From: Alphaproteobacteria bacterium
Lineage (GTDB): Bacteria; Pseudomonadota; Alphaproteobacteria; SHVZ01
DNA: 64,000 bases
Direction of reading: 5' to 3'
Assembly (NCBI GenBank): GCA_044223515.1
Contig: JBGALV010000002.1
Coordinates: 64,015-128,014, forward strand
The position numbers were made by a program, and so were the translations under genes. Below, piece by piece: positions 1-9,040 of this stretch. Below the pieces are notes generated by a model. It was not told the origin of the DNA, searched no databases, and was given only the letters and a program-made list of their open reading frames with translations. The first letter of the stretch is position 1, and every line of letters starts with the position of its first letter.

Positions 1-1125
1 GCGATCCGCACGACCGGCGCCCGCGTCATCGAGGTCGGAACCCGCAAGGCGCTGGACGAGGAGCTCAGATCGGGCGTTGCGATGATCGCGACCATCGGCA
101 CCAAGGATGCCGAGTTGCCGCTCAAGCTCGAGGACTGTGTCGCTGCGGCTGCGCCGCATGGCATCCCGGTACTGGTCGATGCCGCCTCCGAGCATCTCGA
201 GAAGCCGAGCCCCTACCTCGCCCGTGGCGCCAGCTGCGTCGCCTATAGCGGCGGCAAGTACCTGAAGGGCCCGCAGTCGACCGGACTTCTGCTCGGCAAG
301 CGGCAATGGATCGAGGCTGCCCGCCTCAACGCCGCGCCACATCACGCCATCGGCCGGCCCATGAAGGTCAGCAAGGAAGAGGTCCTGGGCCTCCTCGCCG
401 CGGTCGAGTTCTGGGCCGACGGCCGCGACCGGGAGGCCGAGAAGGCAAGGCTGATGAACGATCTCGAAACCGTCGCCGGCCATGTGCGGCGCATCACCGG
501 TGTGAGCGCCGAGCTTCTGCCGCCGTCGAAGACGAACGAGCAGGCACCGCGCCTCAAGATCACGTGGGACCTCGCGAAGATCTGCCTCGACGGTCTCGGG
601 CTCCGCGATCTTCTGCTGGCGCATGATCCAAAGATCATGCTCGACGATCGCGGTGCCACGGAGAACTCGATCTTCATCCTGCCGTTCAGCCTGGAACCGG
701 GCGAGGCCGAGATCGTCGGATCCGCGATCGCCAAGGCCTTGGATACGGCCCCCGCCGCCCAGCCCGCGGCAATCGAGCCACCTTCCGGCGACGCGAGCGG
801 GCTCTGGGTGGTCGAGATTGCCTTTGCTGCCGAGACCACGCCGCACCGTGTCCGGCTTCGCCAGACCGGCGGCACCCTCGATGGCACGCACGCAACCCTC
901 GATCTGGTAGGCCCGGTCAACGGCACGATCGCCGGCACCCGCGTCGCCTTCGCGAGCCTGCACCCTTACGAGGGCAGCAACCTCTCCTACGCCTTTACCG
1001 GAACGCTGGCCGACGGCCGTATGTCTGGCACCGTGCTGCTCGGCACCTCCGGCGACTCCGCCCCCGGTCCCCTCAACATGCGCGAGTTCGGCAGCGCCTC
1101 CTGGCAGGCTCGCCGGCTGAGTTGA
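1..1125 (+). CDS. PLP-dependent SelA-like (L-seryl-tRNA(Sec) selenium transferase family) protein, 5'-truncated by the window edge
   Basis: The reading frame is open from nt 1, so the gene starts upstream. The motif YSGGKYLKGPQSTGLLLGK resembles the SelA PLP region FSGDKLLGGPQAGII. It has a long Ala/Gly/Thr-rich C-terminal tail. Confidence 0.55.
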   Translation, partial: AIRTTGARVIEVGTRKALDEELRSGVAMIATIGTKDAELPLKLEDCVAAAAPHGIPVLVDAASEHLEKPSPYLARGASCVAYSGGKYLKGPQSTGLLLGKRQWIEAARLNAAPHHAIGRPMKVSKEEVLGLLAAVEFWADGRDREAEKARLMNDLETVAGHVRRITGVSAELLPPSKTNEQAPRLKITWDLAKICLDGLGLRDLLLAHDPKIMLDDRGATENSIFILPFSLEPGEAEIVGSAIAKALDTAPAAQPAAIEPPSGDASGLWVVEIAFAAETTPHRVRLRQTGGTLDGTHATLDLVGPVNGTIAGTRVAFASLHPYEGSNLSYAFTGTLADGRMSGTVLLGTSGDSAPGPLNMREFGSASWQARRLS

Positions 1126-1167
1126 TCGTTTCGTTATGTTTGCAAAGATATATCGCCCTGCTATTCT

Positions 1168-1950
1168 TTGTCGATGTATCCCATCAGATATATCGCTAGC
1201 CTTCTGGCGGCTGCCTGGGTCGCGCTGGCAGTGCCAGCCACGGCTCGGGCTCAGTCCGACGTCGTGGTCTTCGCCGCCGCGAGCTTGAAGGACGCCCTTG
1301 ACGGCGTCGCCGCCAAGTGGACGAAGGAGACCGGCAAGAAGACGGCGATCTCCTATGCCGCGAGCTCGGCGCTCGCCCGCCAGATCGAGCAGGGCGCCCC
1401 GGCGCAGATCTTCATCTCGGCCGACCTCGACTGGATGGACTACGTCGCCAACAAGAACCTGATCAAGCCGGCGACCCGCAGCAACATCCTCGGTAATCGT
1501 ATCGTGCTGGTCGCACCGAAGACTTCGACCGCGGCGATCAAGATCGAGCCCAACTTCCAGCTCGCCGCGGCGCTCGGCGGCGGCCGCCTCGCGATCGCCG
1601 ACGTCAACGCGGTGCCGGCCGGGAAGTACGGCAAGGCCGCGCTGGAGAAGCTCGGCGTATGGAGCTCGGTCGAAAGCAAGGTCGCACAAGCCGAGAACGT
1701 GCGCGCCACCCTCCTCCTCGTCTCGCGCGGCGAGGCGCCGCTCGGCATCGTCTACCAGACCGACGCCGCCGCCGACCCGAACGTAAGGATCGTCGGAACC
1801 TTCCCCGAGGACACTCACCCGCCGATCATCTACCCTGTGGCCTTGACCGCGAACGCGAACAGTCCGGATGCCGAGGCATTCCTCGCCTATATGAAGTCGG
1901 CGAAGGCGCGGCCGCTGTTCGCGGCGCAAGGTTTCGCGGTCTTCGACTGA
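1168..1950 (+). CDS. modA: molybdate ABC transporter periplasmic substrate-binding protein
   Basis: Signal peptide, then DVVVFAAASLKDAL...FISADLDWMDY, which is typical of ModA. It is followed by modB and modC. Confidence 0.85.
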   Translation: MSMYPIRYIASLLAAAWVALAVPATARAQSDVVVFAAASLKDALDGVAAKWTKETGKKTAISYAASSALARQIEQGAPAQIFISADLDWMDYVANKNLIKPATRSNILGNRIVLVAPKTSTAAIKIEPNFQLAAALGGGRLAIADVNAVPAGKYGKAALEKLGVWSSVESKVAQAENVRATLLLVSRGEAPLGIVYQTDAAADPNVRIVGTFPEDTHPPIIYPVALTANANSPDAEAFLAYMKSAKARPLFAAQGFAVFD

Positions 1951-1954
1951 TCTC

Positions 1955-2656
1955 GTGACCTGGCTCGCCCTGACCCCGCAGGAGTGGACAGCCGTCCAAC
2001 TCAGCCTCAAGGTCGCCACCGTCGCCACGGTGACCAGCCTTCCGTTCGGGCTGCTGATCGCGCTTCTGCTTGCCCGCGGGCGGTTCTGGGGGAAGACGAT
2101 CCTGAACGGGCTCGTCCACCTGCCGCTGGTGCTGCCGCCGGTCGTCACCGGCTTCCTGCTGCTGGTCGTATTCGGACGGAAGGGCGTGGTCGGCGGCTTC
2201 CTCGCCGACCATCTCGGCATCGTCCTCTCGTTCCGCTGGACCGGTGCCGCGCTCGCCTCGGCAATCATGGGATTTCCGCTCATGGTCCGCTCGATCCGAC
2301 TTTCGATCGAGGCGGTGGATCGCCGGCTCGAGGCCGCCGCCTCGACGCTCGGCGCGAGCCCGGCCTGGGTCTTCGCGACCGTCACGCTACCCCTGATCCT
2401 GCCCGGCATCCTCGCCGGCATGATCCTGACCTTCGCCAAGGCGATGGGCGAGTTCGGTGCGACGATCACCTTCGTTTCCAACATTCCGGGCGAGACCCAG
2501 ACACTACCGGCGGCGATCTACACCTTCACCCAGGTGCCGAGCGGCGATGCCGGCGCCTTCCGGCTGACGCTGGTCTCCATCGTCATCGCGATGGCGGCGC
2601 TCGTCGCCTCCGAGTGGCTGGCCCAGCGGGTCGGCCGCCGGATCGGTCCCGAATGA
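1955..2656 (+). CDS. modB: molybdate ABC transporter permease
   Basis: Polytopic membrane protein with the ABC permease EAA-like loop (LGASPAWVFATVTLP). GTG start. Its stop overlaps the modC start (ATGA). Confidence 0.85.
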   Translation: MTWLALTPQEWTAVQLSLKVATVATVTSLPFGLLIALLLARGRFWGKTILNGLVHLPLVLPPVVTGFLLLVVFGRKGVVGGFLADHLGIVLSFRWTGAALASAIMGFPLMVRSIRLSIEAVDRRLEAAASTLGASPAWVFATVTLPLILPGILAGMILTFAKAMGEFGATITFVSNIPGETQTLPAAIYTFTQVPSGDAGAFRLTLVSIVIAMAALVASEWLAQRVGRRIGPE

Positions 2657-3777
2657 CGGTCGAGATCGACATCTCCCATCGCCTGGGGAAGTTCAGCCTC
2701 GATGTCCGCTTCTCGGCACCCGCCGGCCTCACCGCGCTGTTCGGGCCCTCGGGCTCAGGCAAGACGTCGCTCGTCAACATCATTGCCGGGCTGGTGCGGC
2801 CCGATCGCGGCCGTGTCGTCGTCGACGGAGAGGTCCTTGTCGACACTGAGAAATCGGTATTCCTGCCGCCGCATCGGCGCCGCATCGGCTACGTCTTCCA
2901 GGAAGGCCGCCTGTTCCCGCACATGACCGTGCGCCAGAACCTTCTCTACGGTCACTGGTTCGCCTCCGATGGTCGCCGCCGCGACCAGGATGTCGAGCGG
3001 GCGATCGATCTGCTCGGCATCGACGGCCTTCTGGACCGACGCCCCGGCCTCTTGTCCGGCGGAGAGAAGCAGCGGGTCGCGATCGGCCGCGCGCTCCTAT
3101 CCAATCCACGCATCGTGCTGATGGACGAGCCGCTCGCCTCGCTCGACGAGGCGCGGAAGGCCGAGATCCTTCCCTATATCGGAAAGCTTCGCGACCAGTC
3201 GCGGGTGCCGATCGTCTATGTCAGCCATTCGGTCGTCGAGGTTGCGCGGCTTGCGACCACGGTCGCTGTGCTTTCAGGCGGCCACATCACAAGTGTGGGG
3301 CCGACCGCCAGCGTGATGCAGAGCCTCGATCTCCTGCCCGCGACCGCGCGCGCCGAGGCCGGCTCCGTCCTGGAAACCCAGATCGAGGCCCACGATGAGC
3401 CCTACGGCCTGACCACGCTCCGTTCGCGGGCCGGACACTTCCGCGTGCCTCGCATCGAGCTTCCGGTCGGTGCCCCCGTACGTATCCGCGTGCGCTCCCG
3501 CGACGTGATCGTCGCGACCTCGGCCCCGCACGGCCTGAGCGCGATCAACGTGCTCGCCGGCACGATCGCCGAGATCCTGCCGCGCGGCGACACCGCCGCC
3601 GACATCCGCATCGACTGTTCCGGCGAGAGCGTGCTGGCACGCCTTACCCGCCGCTCAGTCGACACGCTCGGCCTCAAGCCGGGCCTGCCGGTCCATGCCG
3701 TGGTGAAGAGCGTCGCCTTCGACGGCGGCAGCCTCGGCGCGCCGCTCAGGGGCGCCGAGGCCGAGCTCGACGCCTAG
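2653..3777 (+). CDS. modC: molybdate ABC transporter ATP-binding protein with C-terminal TOBE domains
   Basis: Walker A GPSGSGKTS, signature LSGGEKQRVAIGRAL and Walker B LMDEPL. The ATG at 2653 is in frame within the longer 1984..3777 ORF. Confidence 0.85.
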   Translation: MTVEIDISHRLGKFSLDVRFSAPAGLTALFGPSGSGKTSLVNIIAGLVRPDRGRVVVDGEVLVDTEKSVFLPPHRRRIGYVFQEGRLFPHMTVRQNLLYGHWFASDGRRRDQDVERAIDLLGIDGLLDRRPGLLSGGEKQRVAIGRALLSNPRIVLMDEPLASLDEARKAEILPYIGKLRDQSRVPIVYVSHSVVEVARLATTVAVLSGGHITSVGPTASVMQSLDLLPATARAEAGSVLETQIEAHDEPYGLTTLRSRAGHFRVPRIELPVGAPVRIRVRSRDVIVATSAPHGLSAINVLAGTIAEILPRGDTAADIRIDCSGESVLARLTRRSVDTLGLKPGLPVHAVVKSVAFDGGSLGAPLRGAEAELDA

Positions 3778-4754
3778 GTTCGCTCGAGCGGACGGCCGGG
3801 GATCGACTGCACACCGTACTGCCGGTCCCAATCGTCCTGCGCCGCCTGCAGCACCCGCATCGCCGGCAACACCGAGGGACCGGAGGCGATCGGCTGGCGG
3901 CCCTCCTTGATCGCATCGAGGAAGTCGAAGATCACCCGCGCGCAATTGTCCTGCTCGCTCTCCATCGGTACCGTGCCGGCCTCGGTCTTCAGCGTGCCGG
4001 CAAGAATGTCGAAAAGGTAGGTATCCTTGTCGGTGACGATGACCTTGTCGTAGAGCCGGTAGGTCGCGTGATAGGAGCCGTGGACCATCAGCGTCTGATC
4101 GGCCTCGGTCTCGACGAGCAGCACGCACTCCATCGGAATGCCGGTCACTGGATGCAGCTTGCCGAGCGAGCTTTGCACGCGCTTCACCGGCGCGCCGTCG
4201 AACATGTACATGCCGAGATCGGCGAAGTGGCAGAAATGATGCCAAAGGATGTTGTCGATCCAGCTCCGCTTGTAGCCGGTGGCGCCGACGTTCACGAGGC
4301 GCTTGATGAAGAAGCGGCCGGCGATGTGACGGATCTTCTCCTCGCCTGACTTGAGGCGAGCACGCAGCGCGTCGCGTTCCCGGCGAAATCGCATCGGGTG
4401 GCAGAGGCCGTAGACCTTTCCGCTCTTCTCGCCTGCGGCGACCACGCGCTCGGCGCCCTTGAGGCTCATCGCGATCGGGATCTCGAGCAGCATGTGCTTC
4501 CCAGCCTCGAGGGTCTTGATCGCCTGCTCCTCATGCACCTCGCTGGGGCTTCCAACAATGACCGCGTCGATCGCCGGATCGGCCAGAGCCTCCTCCAGCG
4601 ACACCGTCCATTTCTTGTAGCCGTAGCGGTCGGCGAATTCCTTCGACGCGTCGGGACGACGGCCGACGACGGTGTGAAGCACGGCGTCGGTTCTCTTGAG
4701 CGCCTCCGAATGCCAGATGCCCATCATCCCGTAGCCGACCATGCAGATGTTCAT
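3774..4754 (-). CDS. Gfo/Idh/MocA family NAD(P)-dependent oxidoreductase
   Basis: N-terminus MNICMVGYGMMG (Rossmann fold). A GGAGGA RBS lies 6 nt upstream of the ATG at 4754. The longer ORF to 4790 lacks an RBS. Confidence 0.8.
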   Translation of the reverse strand: MNICMVGYGMMGIWHSEALKRTDAVLHTVVGRRPDASKEFADRYGYKKWTVSLEEALADPAIDAVIVGSPSEVHEEQAIKTLEAGKHMLLEIPIAMSLKGAERVVAAGEKSGKVYGLCHPMRFRRERDALRARLKSGEEKIRHIAGRFFIKRLVNVGATGYKRSWIDNILWHHFCHFADLGMYMFDGAPVKRVQSSLGKLHPVTGIPMECVLLVETEADQTLMVHGSYHATYRLYDKVIVTDKDTYLFDILAGTLKTEAGTVPMESEQDNCARVIFDFLDAIKEGRQPIASGPSVLPAMRVLQAAQDDWDRQYGVQSIPGRPLERT

Positions 4755-4840
4755 GTCCCGTCCTCCTGGTACCCGCCTTCCATACCGCAATCGCGCCGTT
4801 CGGTGGTAGGTTGATCCAAACGAACCTCACGGACCTTTTC

Positions 4841-5980
4841 ATGAAGATCGAGCGGCTTCGAGCCTATATGTCGCGCGACAAGGACCGGCCACGGCTCCTG
4901 GTCGCGATCGACACCGACCAGGGCATCACCGGCTGGGGCGAGTGCTACAATCACGGGCCCGACAAGGCGCTGCCGCCGCTCCTCGACTACCTATTCACCT
5001 TCATCAAGGGCCGTGATCCCCGGCGGATCGAGTTCCTGATCCTCTACCTCTTGCAGCAGACACGCTTCCCGCCGGGCGCGCTCGGCCTTGCGGCGATCTC
5101 CGCGATCGACCATTGCCTCTGGGACATTTCGGCCAAAGCGCTCGGCGTACCCGTCTACATGCTGCTCGGCGGCAATGCCCGCGACCGGGTGCGGGTCTAT
5201 GCCGGCGTCTATACCGCTCCCGATCCGGTGGTCGCCCGAGACCAGCTCGACACGCTGAACGGCGAGTGGGGCTTCTCCGCCTTCAAGCTGAGCCCCTTCC
5301 GGATCGACCTGCATGCGCATCGCTGGGGCGAGGTGGTCCGCACCAGTGCCGAGTATTTCCGGAAGCTCCGCGAGACGGTGCGATCGGACTACGAGATCGC
5401 CTTCGACGCGCACGCCAAGATCTTCGAGCCGAAGCAGGCGATCCAGCTCGGCAATGCGCTCGCCCCCTACGATCCCATGTTCTTCGAGGAGCCGATCCGG
5501 CCTGAGAACATCGAGGCGATGGCCGAGGTGAAGCGCGACGTCGCCTGCACCGTCGCGACCGGCGAGTCGCTCTACAGCCGCTTCGAGTTCCTGAGGCTCC
5601 TCACCGTCAAGGGGGCCGACATCATCCAGCCGGACATCTGTGTCGTCGGCGGGCTGCTGGAGATGCGGAAGATCGCCGCGATCGCCGAGGCGCACTACGT
5701 GACCGTCGCCCCGCACAACCCGATGGGCCCGCTGGCGACTGCGGTCAACCTGCACTTCTCGGCGGCGCAGCCGAACTTCAGGATCCTCGAATACCGGCTG
5801 CCCGAGGAGGCGCCGTACGTGAAGGACCCGTACCTGCCCAAGGACGGCTATCTCGAGCTCCGCCCCGATCGACCCGGCTGGGGTGTCGAGATCGACGAGG
5901 AAGTCCTGAAGAAGGACGGCTACCTCCATTGGGAGCGGAAGGTACCCTTCCGCCCCGATGGATCGAGCGCTTACGTCTAA
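4841..5980 (+). CDS. enolase-superfamily (mandelate racemase/muconate lactonizing enzyme family) sugar-acid dehydratase-like protein
   Basis: MKIERL... start typical of MR/MLE. GWGE and ligand motifs (DAH..E..E) are spread as in D-galactonate/L-rhamnonate dehydratases. The alternative TTG at 4811 is less likely. Confidence 0.75.
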   Translation: MKIERLRAYMSRDKDRPRLLVAIDTDQGITGWGECYNHGPDKALPPLLDYLFTFIKGRDPRRIEFLILYLLQQTRFPPGALGLAAISAIDHCLWDISAKALGVPVYMLLGGNARDRVRVYAGVYTAPDPVVARDQLDTLNGEWGFSAFKLSPFRIDLHAHRWGEVVRTSAEYFRKLRETVRSDYEIAFDAHAKIFEPKQAIQLGNALAPYDPMFFEEPIRPENIEAMAEVKRDVACTVATGESLYSRFEFLRLLTVKGADIIQPDICVVGGLLEMRKIAAIAEAHYVTVAPHNPMGPLATAVNLHFSAAQPNFRILEYRLPEEAPYVKDPYLPKDGYLELRPDRPGWGVEIDEEVLKKDGYLHWERKVPFRPDGSSAYV

Positions 5981-5987
5981 CGTTCGT

Positions 5988-6150
5988 ATCCCCTCTCCCG
6001 CGTCGTACGCGGGGGAGGGTTAGGGTGGGGGCCGTCGCGAAGCGGCGGTAACCGCCATCACAGATCTCCATCTCCGCCACCCTCGCTTTCGCTCGGGCCC
6101 CACCCCATCCCTCCCCCGTCGCTACGCGCCGGGAGAGGGGGTGGAGAGAG
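5988..6150. repeat. Pair of GC-rich REP-like palindromic elements (CCCCTCTCCCGCG..CGCGGGGGAGGGTTAGGGTGGGG) in inverted orientation
   Basis: Element A is at ~5988-6031 and element B at ~6095-6150, which is its near reverse complement. Each folds into a hairpin, CCCTCTCCCGCG / CGCGGGGGAGGG. A related copy occurs at 54134-54176. Confidence 0.7.
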
Positions 6151-6156
6151 TCTTCG

Positions 6157-6951
6157 CTATCGCGCCTTCTTCGCCTTCGGCACCGCCGGCCGCATCGCCT
6201 CGATGCCGGTCTGCAGCGCGTGCTGCATCAGCCAGATGTCGCCCATATAGGCGATCATCCGGAAGCCCTTCTTGATCCAGGCCTTGCCCCAGGTCGGGTT
6301 GCCGACCAGGTTGCCGGCGATCTTGCCGTGACGACGGCACGCCGCGACCGTCGCGTCGCGCGCCTTCACGAACTCGGGGTGCTCGAACTCGAGCGGCCGG
6401 CCAAGCGAGACCGAGAGATCGGTGTGGCCGACGAAGGCGACGTCGATGCCCGGCACCGACATGATCTCGTCGACGTTCTGCACGCCCTTCTTGGTCTCGA
6501 TCTTGACCATGACCAGCACGCTCGAATTGGCTGCCTTCATGGTCTTGCGCGCATCGCCGATGATGTAGTCGTCGTGGGCGACGCCGAAGGCCGAGCCGCG
6601 GCGGCCATGCGGGGGATATCGGGTGGCGCGAACGATCGCCTCGGCCTGGGCCTTGGTCTCGACCACCGGGACCAGGATGCCCTTGGCGCCGAGGTCGAGC
6701 GATCGGGTGATCAGGTTGAAGTCGTCGCCGGCCGGATTGACCAGCGGCACAATGCCGGCGCCACGGGCGAACTGGATCTGGTTCTTGACCGTCTCGAAGC
6801 TCCAGCCCGAGTGCTCCATGTCGAAGATGATGTAGTCGCAGCCCGCCGACTTGGCGATCTTGGCCATGCCCGGAGACGCGAACTCGAACACGAAGGTCCC
6901 GAAAACCGTTTCGCCCCGGGTGAGCTTGGTCTTGAGCGGATTGTCGCGCAT
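6157..6951 (-). CDS. HpcH/HpaI family aldolase (2-keto-3-deoxy sugar acid aldolase-like)
   Basis: Sequence typical of the 2-dehydro-3-deoxy-aldonate aldolase family (..DYIIFDMEHSGWSFET...GILVPVVETKAQAE..). Confidence 0.8.
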   Translation of the reverse strand: MRDNPLKTKLTRGETVFGTFVFEFASPGMAKIAKSAGCDYIIFDMEHSGWSFETVKNQIQFARGAGIVPLVNPAGDDFNLITRSLDLGAKGILVPVVETKAQAEAIVRATRYPPHGRRGSAFGVAHDDYIIGDARKTMKAANSSVLVMVKIETKKGVQNVDEIMSVPGIDVAFVGHTDLSVSLGRPLEFEHPEFVKARDATVAACRRHGKIAGNLVGNPTWGKAWIKKGFRMIAYMGDIWLMQHALQTGIEAMRPAVPKAKKAR

Positions 6952-7031
6952 TGAATGTCCCCCTTCCCTGTTTCCGATCGGGAAAACTGTCTAAACTAGG
7001 GTTCCGTTCGAGCCGCGAGAGAGCAAGCGAA

Positions 7032-7937
7032 ATGGACAATTGCCGGGTCAAGGGCCAGCCGGTGCCCTCTTCCCTGATCCACGAGATGGTGGACAGCGCC
7101 TCCCTTCTCGACAACCCCGCGGCGCTTCGCGCACGACTGGCCGAGGACGGCTACCTGTTCCTCAAGGGCGTGGTCGACCGGGACGCTGTCATGGCCGCCC
7201 GCCGGGAAGTGTTCCAGCGCCTGGTCGCGGTCGGCGAGATCAAGGAGCCGGCGATCGACGGCATCGCCACCGGCGACAGCAAGCGAAAGGAGCTGGAACC
7301 AGACCTCGGCGCCTTCTGGCGCTCGGTCAGCGAGGGTAAAAATCTACGCGCCGCCAGCAACGGTCGCGACATGCAGCGAATCATGTCGCTGGTCTTCGGC
7401 GAACCCGCCCGCAACCAGGACTACATCTTCCTTCGCGCTGGCGCGCTCGGCCGCGCGACCGGGCTTCATTTCGACTATCCATTCTTCACGCGGGCGCACG
7501 ACAAGGTCTGCACCGTATGGATGCCGATCGGCGACGTGCCCGTCGAGGACGGTCCGGTGGTCGTGGTCGAGGGTTCGAACAAATACCGCGACCTGATCGA
7601 CCCGATGATCGGCTTCGATATCTCGACCGACAACTCGCGGAAAGCCGATTTCGGCGCCGACGCGATTTCCTTCGCACAGTCCCGCGGCACGCGGCTGCTC
7701 ACCCGGAACTTCGAGGCCGGCGATATCTGTCTGTTCGGCATGTATTTGGCGCACGGATCGCTCGACAACCACTCGCCGATCCATCGCGTCCGACTGTCCT
7801 GCGATCTCCGATGGCAACCGGCATCCCTGCCGCTCGACGATCGCTATTTTGGCGATCCGCCGAAGGGTACGACCGGCGCCAGCTACGGCGAGCTGAACGG
7901 TGCCAAGCCGCTGACCCAGGACTGGCACGTCCGGTGA
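7032..7937 (+). CDS. phytanoyl-CoA dioxygenase (PhyH) family Fe(II)/2-oxoglutarate oxygenase
   Basis: PhyH-family fold motifs (HFDYPFF ... HGSLDNHS..R). The ATG at 7032 is in frame in the 6951 ORF. The stop overlaps the next gene's GTG. Confidence 0.7.
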   Translation: MDNCRVKGQPVPSSLIHEMVDSASLLDNPAALRARLAEDGYLFLKGVVDRDAVMAARREVFQRLVAVGEIKEPAIDGIATGDSKRKELEPDLGAFWRSVSEGKNLRAASNGRDMQRIMSLVFGEPARNQDYIFLRAGALGRATGLHFDYPFFTRAHDKVCTVWMPIGDVPVEDGPVVVVEGSNKYRDLIDPMIGFDISTDNSRKADFGADAISFAQSRGTRLLTRNFEAGDICLFGMYLAHGSLDNHSPIHRVRLSCDLRWQPASLPLDDRYFGDPPKGTTGASYGELNGAKPLTQDWHVR

Positions 7938-9040
7938 CAGACGCGACGCAGCCAAAGCCTCGCGACAAGGACGCGATCCGCGCCCGCTGCACGCGCTTCC
8001 TGACACGCAGCAAGTCCCCGACGCCGAAGGAGATGCTGCAGGCGATCGCCGACGAGGTGGGATCCGAAGAGGCCGTCGACACCTACGGCAAAGGCAAGCT
8101 GATCGAGGATTTCGAGGCAGATGTCGCCTCCAGGCTCGGCAAGCCGGCGGCGGTGTTCATGCCGTCGGGCACGATGGTCCAGACGATCGCGCTCAGGCTC
8201 TGGTGCGACCGGACGGGCGTCAAGACCGTCGGCCTGCATCCCCTAAGCCACCTCGAGCGCAATGAATCCCAGTCCTACCGCGCGCTGCACGGGCTCGCCG
8301 CCGCCTATCTCGGCGACGACTCCCGGCAGTTCCGCCGGAAGGACGTCGAGGCGGTCGCCGAGAAGCTCGGCGTCGTCGTGCTCGAAATGCCGCTCCGGCC
8401 GCTCGGTTGCGCGCTGCTGCCCTGGGAAGAGGTCGCGGCGATCTCGGCGCTCGCCAAGGAGCGCGGAATCCCGTTCCACCTCGACGGCGCCCGGATATGG
8501 GAGAGCCAGCCTTACTACGGCCGGAGCCTGGCGGAAATCGCCGCGCTCTTCGACAGCGTCTACGTCTCCTTCTACAAGGGCCTCGCCGGTATCTCGGGCG
8601 CGGTGCTCGCGGGCCCGAAGGCGCTGATCGACGAAGCGCGGCTTTGGCAACATCGCTACGGCGGCCGATTGTTCCAGCTCTATCCCTACGTCCTCGCCGC
8701 GCGCAAAGGGCTCCGCGAAAGGCTGGACCTGATGCCGTCGTTCCATCGCGAAATCCGCCGCGTCGCCGATGCGATCCGTGACCTGCCCGGCGTCCAGGTG
8801 ACGCCTGATCCGCCGCAGGCGACATCGATGCACATCCAGCTCCCCGGTCCGCAGGAGAAGATCGAGGCGGCCTTCCTCGATCTCGCCGAGGAGACCGGCA
8901 TCTGGCTTCTCGACCGCGTGTTCGCGAGCTCGGTCCAGGGCGTATCGATGGCCGAACTCACCGCCGGCACCGGAACCCTCGATTTCACCTCCGAGGAGAT
9001 CCGCGCGCTGTTCCAGAAGCTGCTCGCCCGGATCGCCTGA
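7934..9040 (+). CDS. threonine aldolase-like PLP-dependent enzyme (beta-eliminating lyase family)
   Basis: The region KPAAVFMPSGTMVQTIALR matches the low-specificity threonine aldolase region AALFVPSGTMANQ. The 5' part of the 7517 ORF overlaps phyH out of frame. The start is tentatively GTG 7934, with ATG 8032 as the alternative. Confidence 0.65.
   Translation: MTDATQPKPRDKDAIRARCTRFLTRSKSPTPKEMLQAIADEVGSEEAVDTYGKGKLIEDFEADVASRLGKPAAVFMPSGTMVQTIALRLWCDRTGVKTVGLHPLSHLERNESQSYRALHGLAAAYLGDDSRQFRRKDVEAVAEKLGVVVLEMPLRPLGCALLPWEEVAAISALAKERGIPFHLDGARIWESQPYYGRSLAEIAALFDSVYVSFYKGLAGISGAVLAGPKALIDEARLWQHRYGGRLFQLYPYVLAARKGLRERLDLMPSFHREIRRVADAIRDLPGVQVTPDPPQATSMHIQLPGPQEKIEAAFLDLAEETGIWLLDRVFASSVQGVSMAELTAGTGTLDFTSEEIRALFQKLLARIA

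Noticed and set aside
1984-3777. 597-aa ORF spanning modB and modC
   Set aside because: The first ~670 nt overlap modB in a different frame with Arg/Pro-rich nonsense translation. The real modC starts at the in-frame ATG at 2653 with an ATGA overlap to modB.
6122-7114. 330-aa minus-strand ORF overlapping the HpcH aldolase in another frame
   Set aside because: Low-complexity Arg/Gly/Pro translation. The HpcH frame has clear family motifs.
7517-7933. 5' extension of the threonine-aldolase-like ORF (507 aa version)
   Set aside because: The extension overlaps the PhyH gene out of frame and translates to Arg-rich low-complexity sequence. Homology to threonine aldolases begins near 7934-8032.
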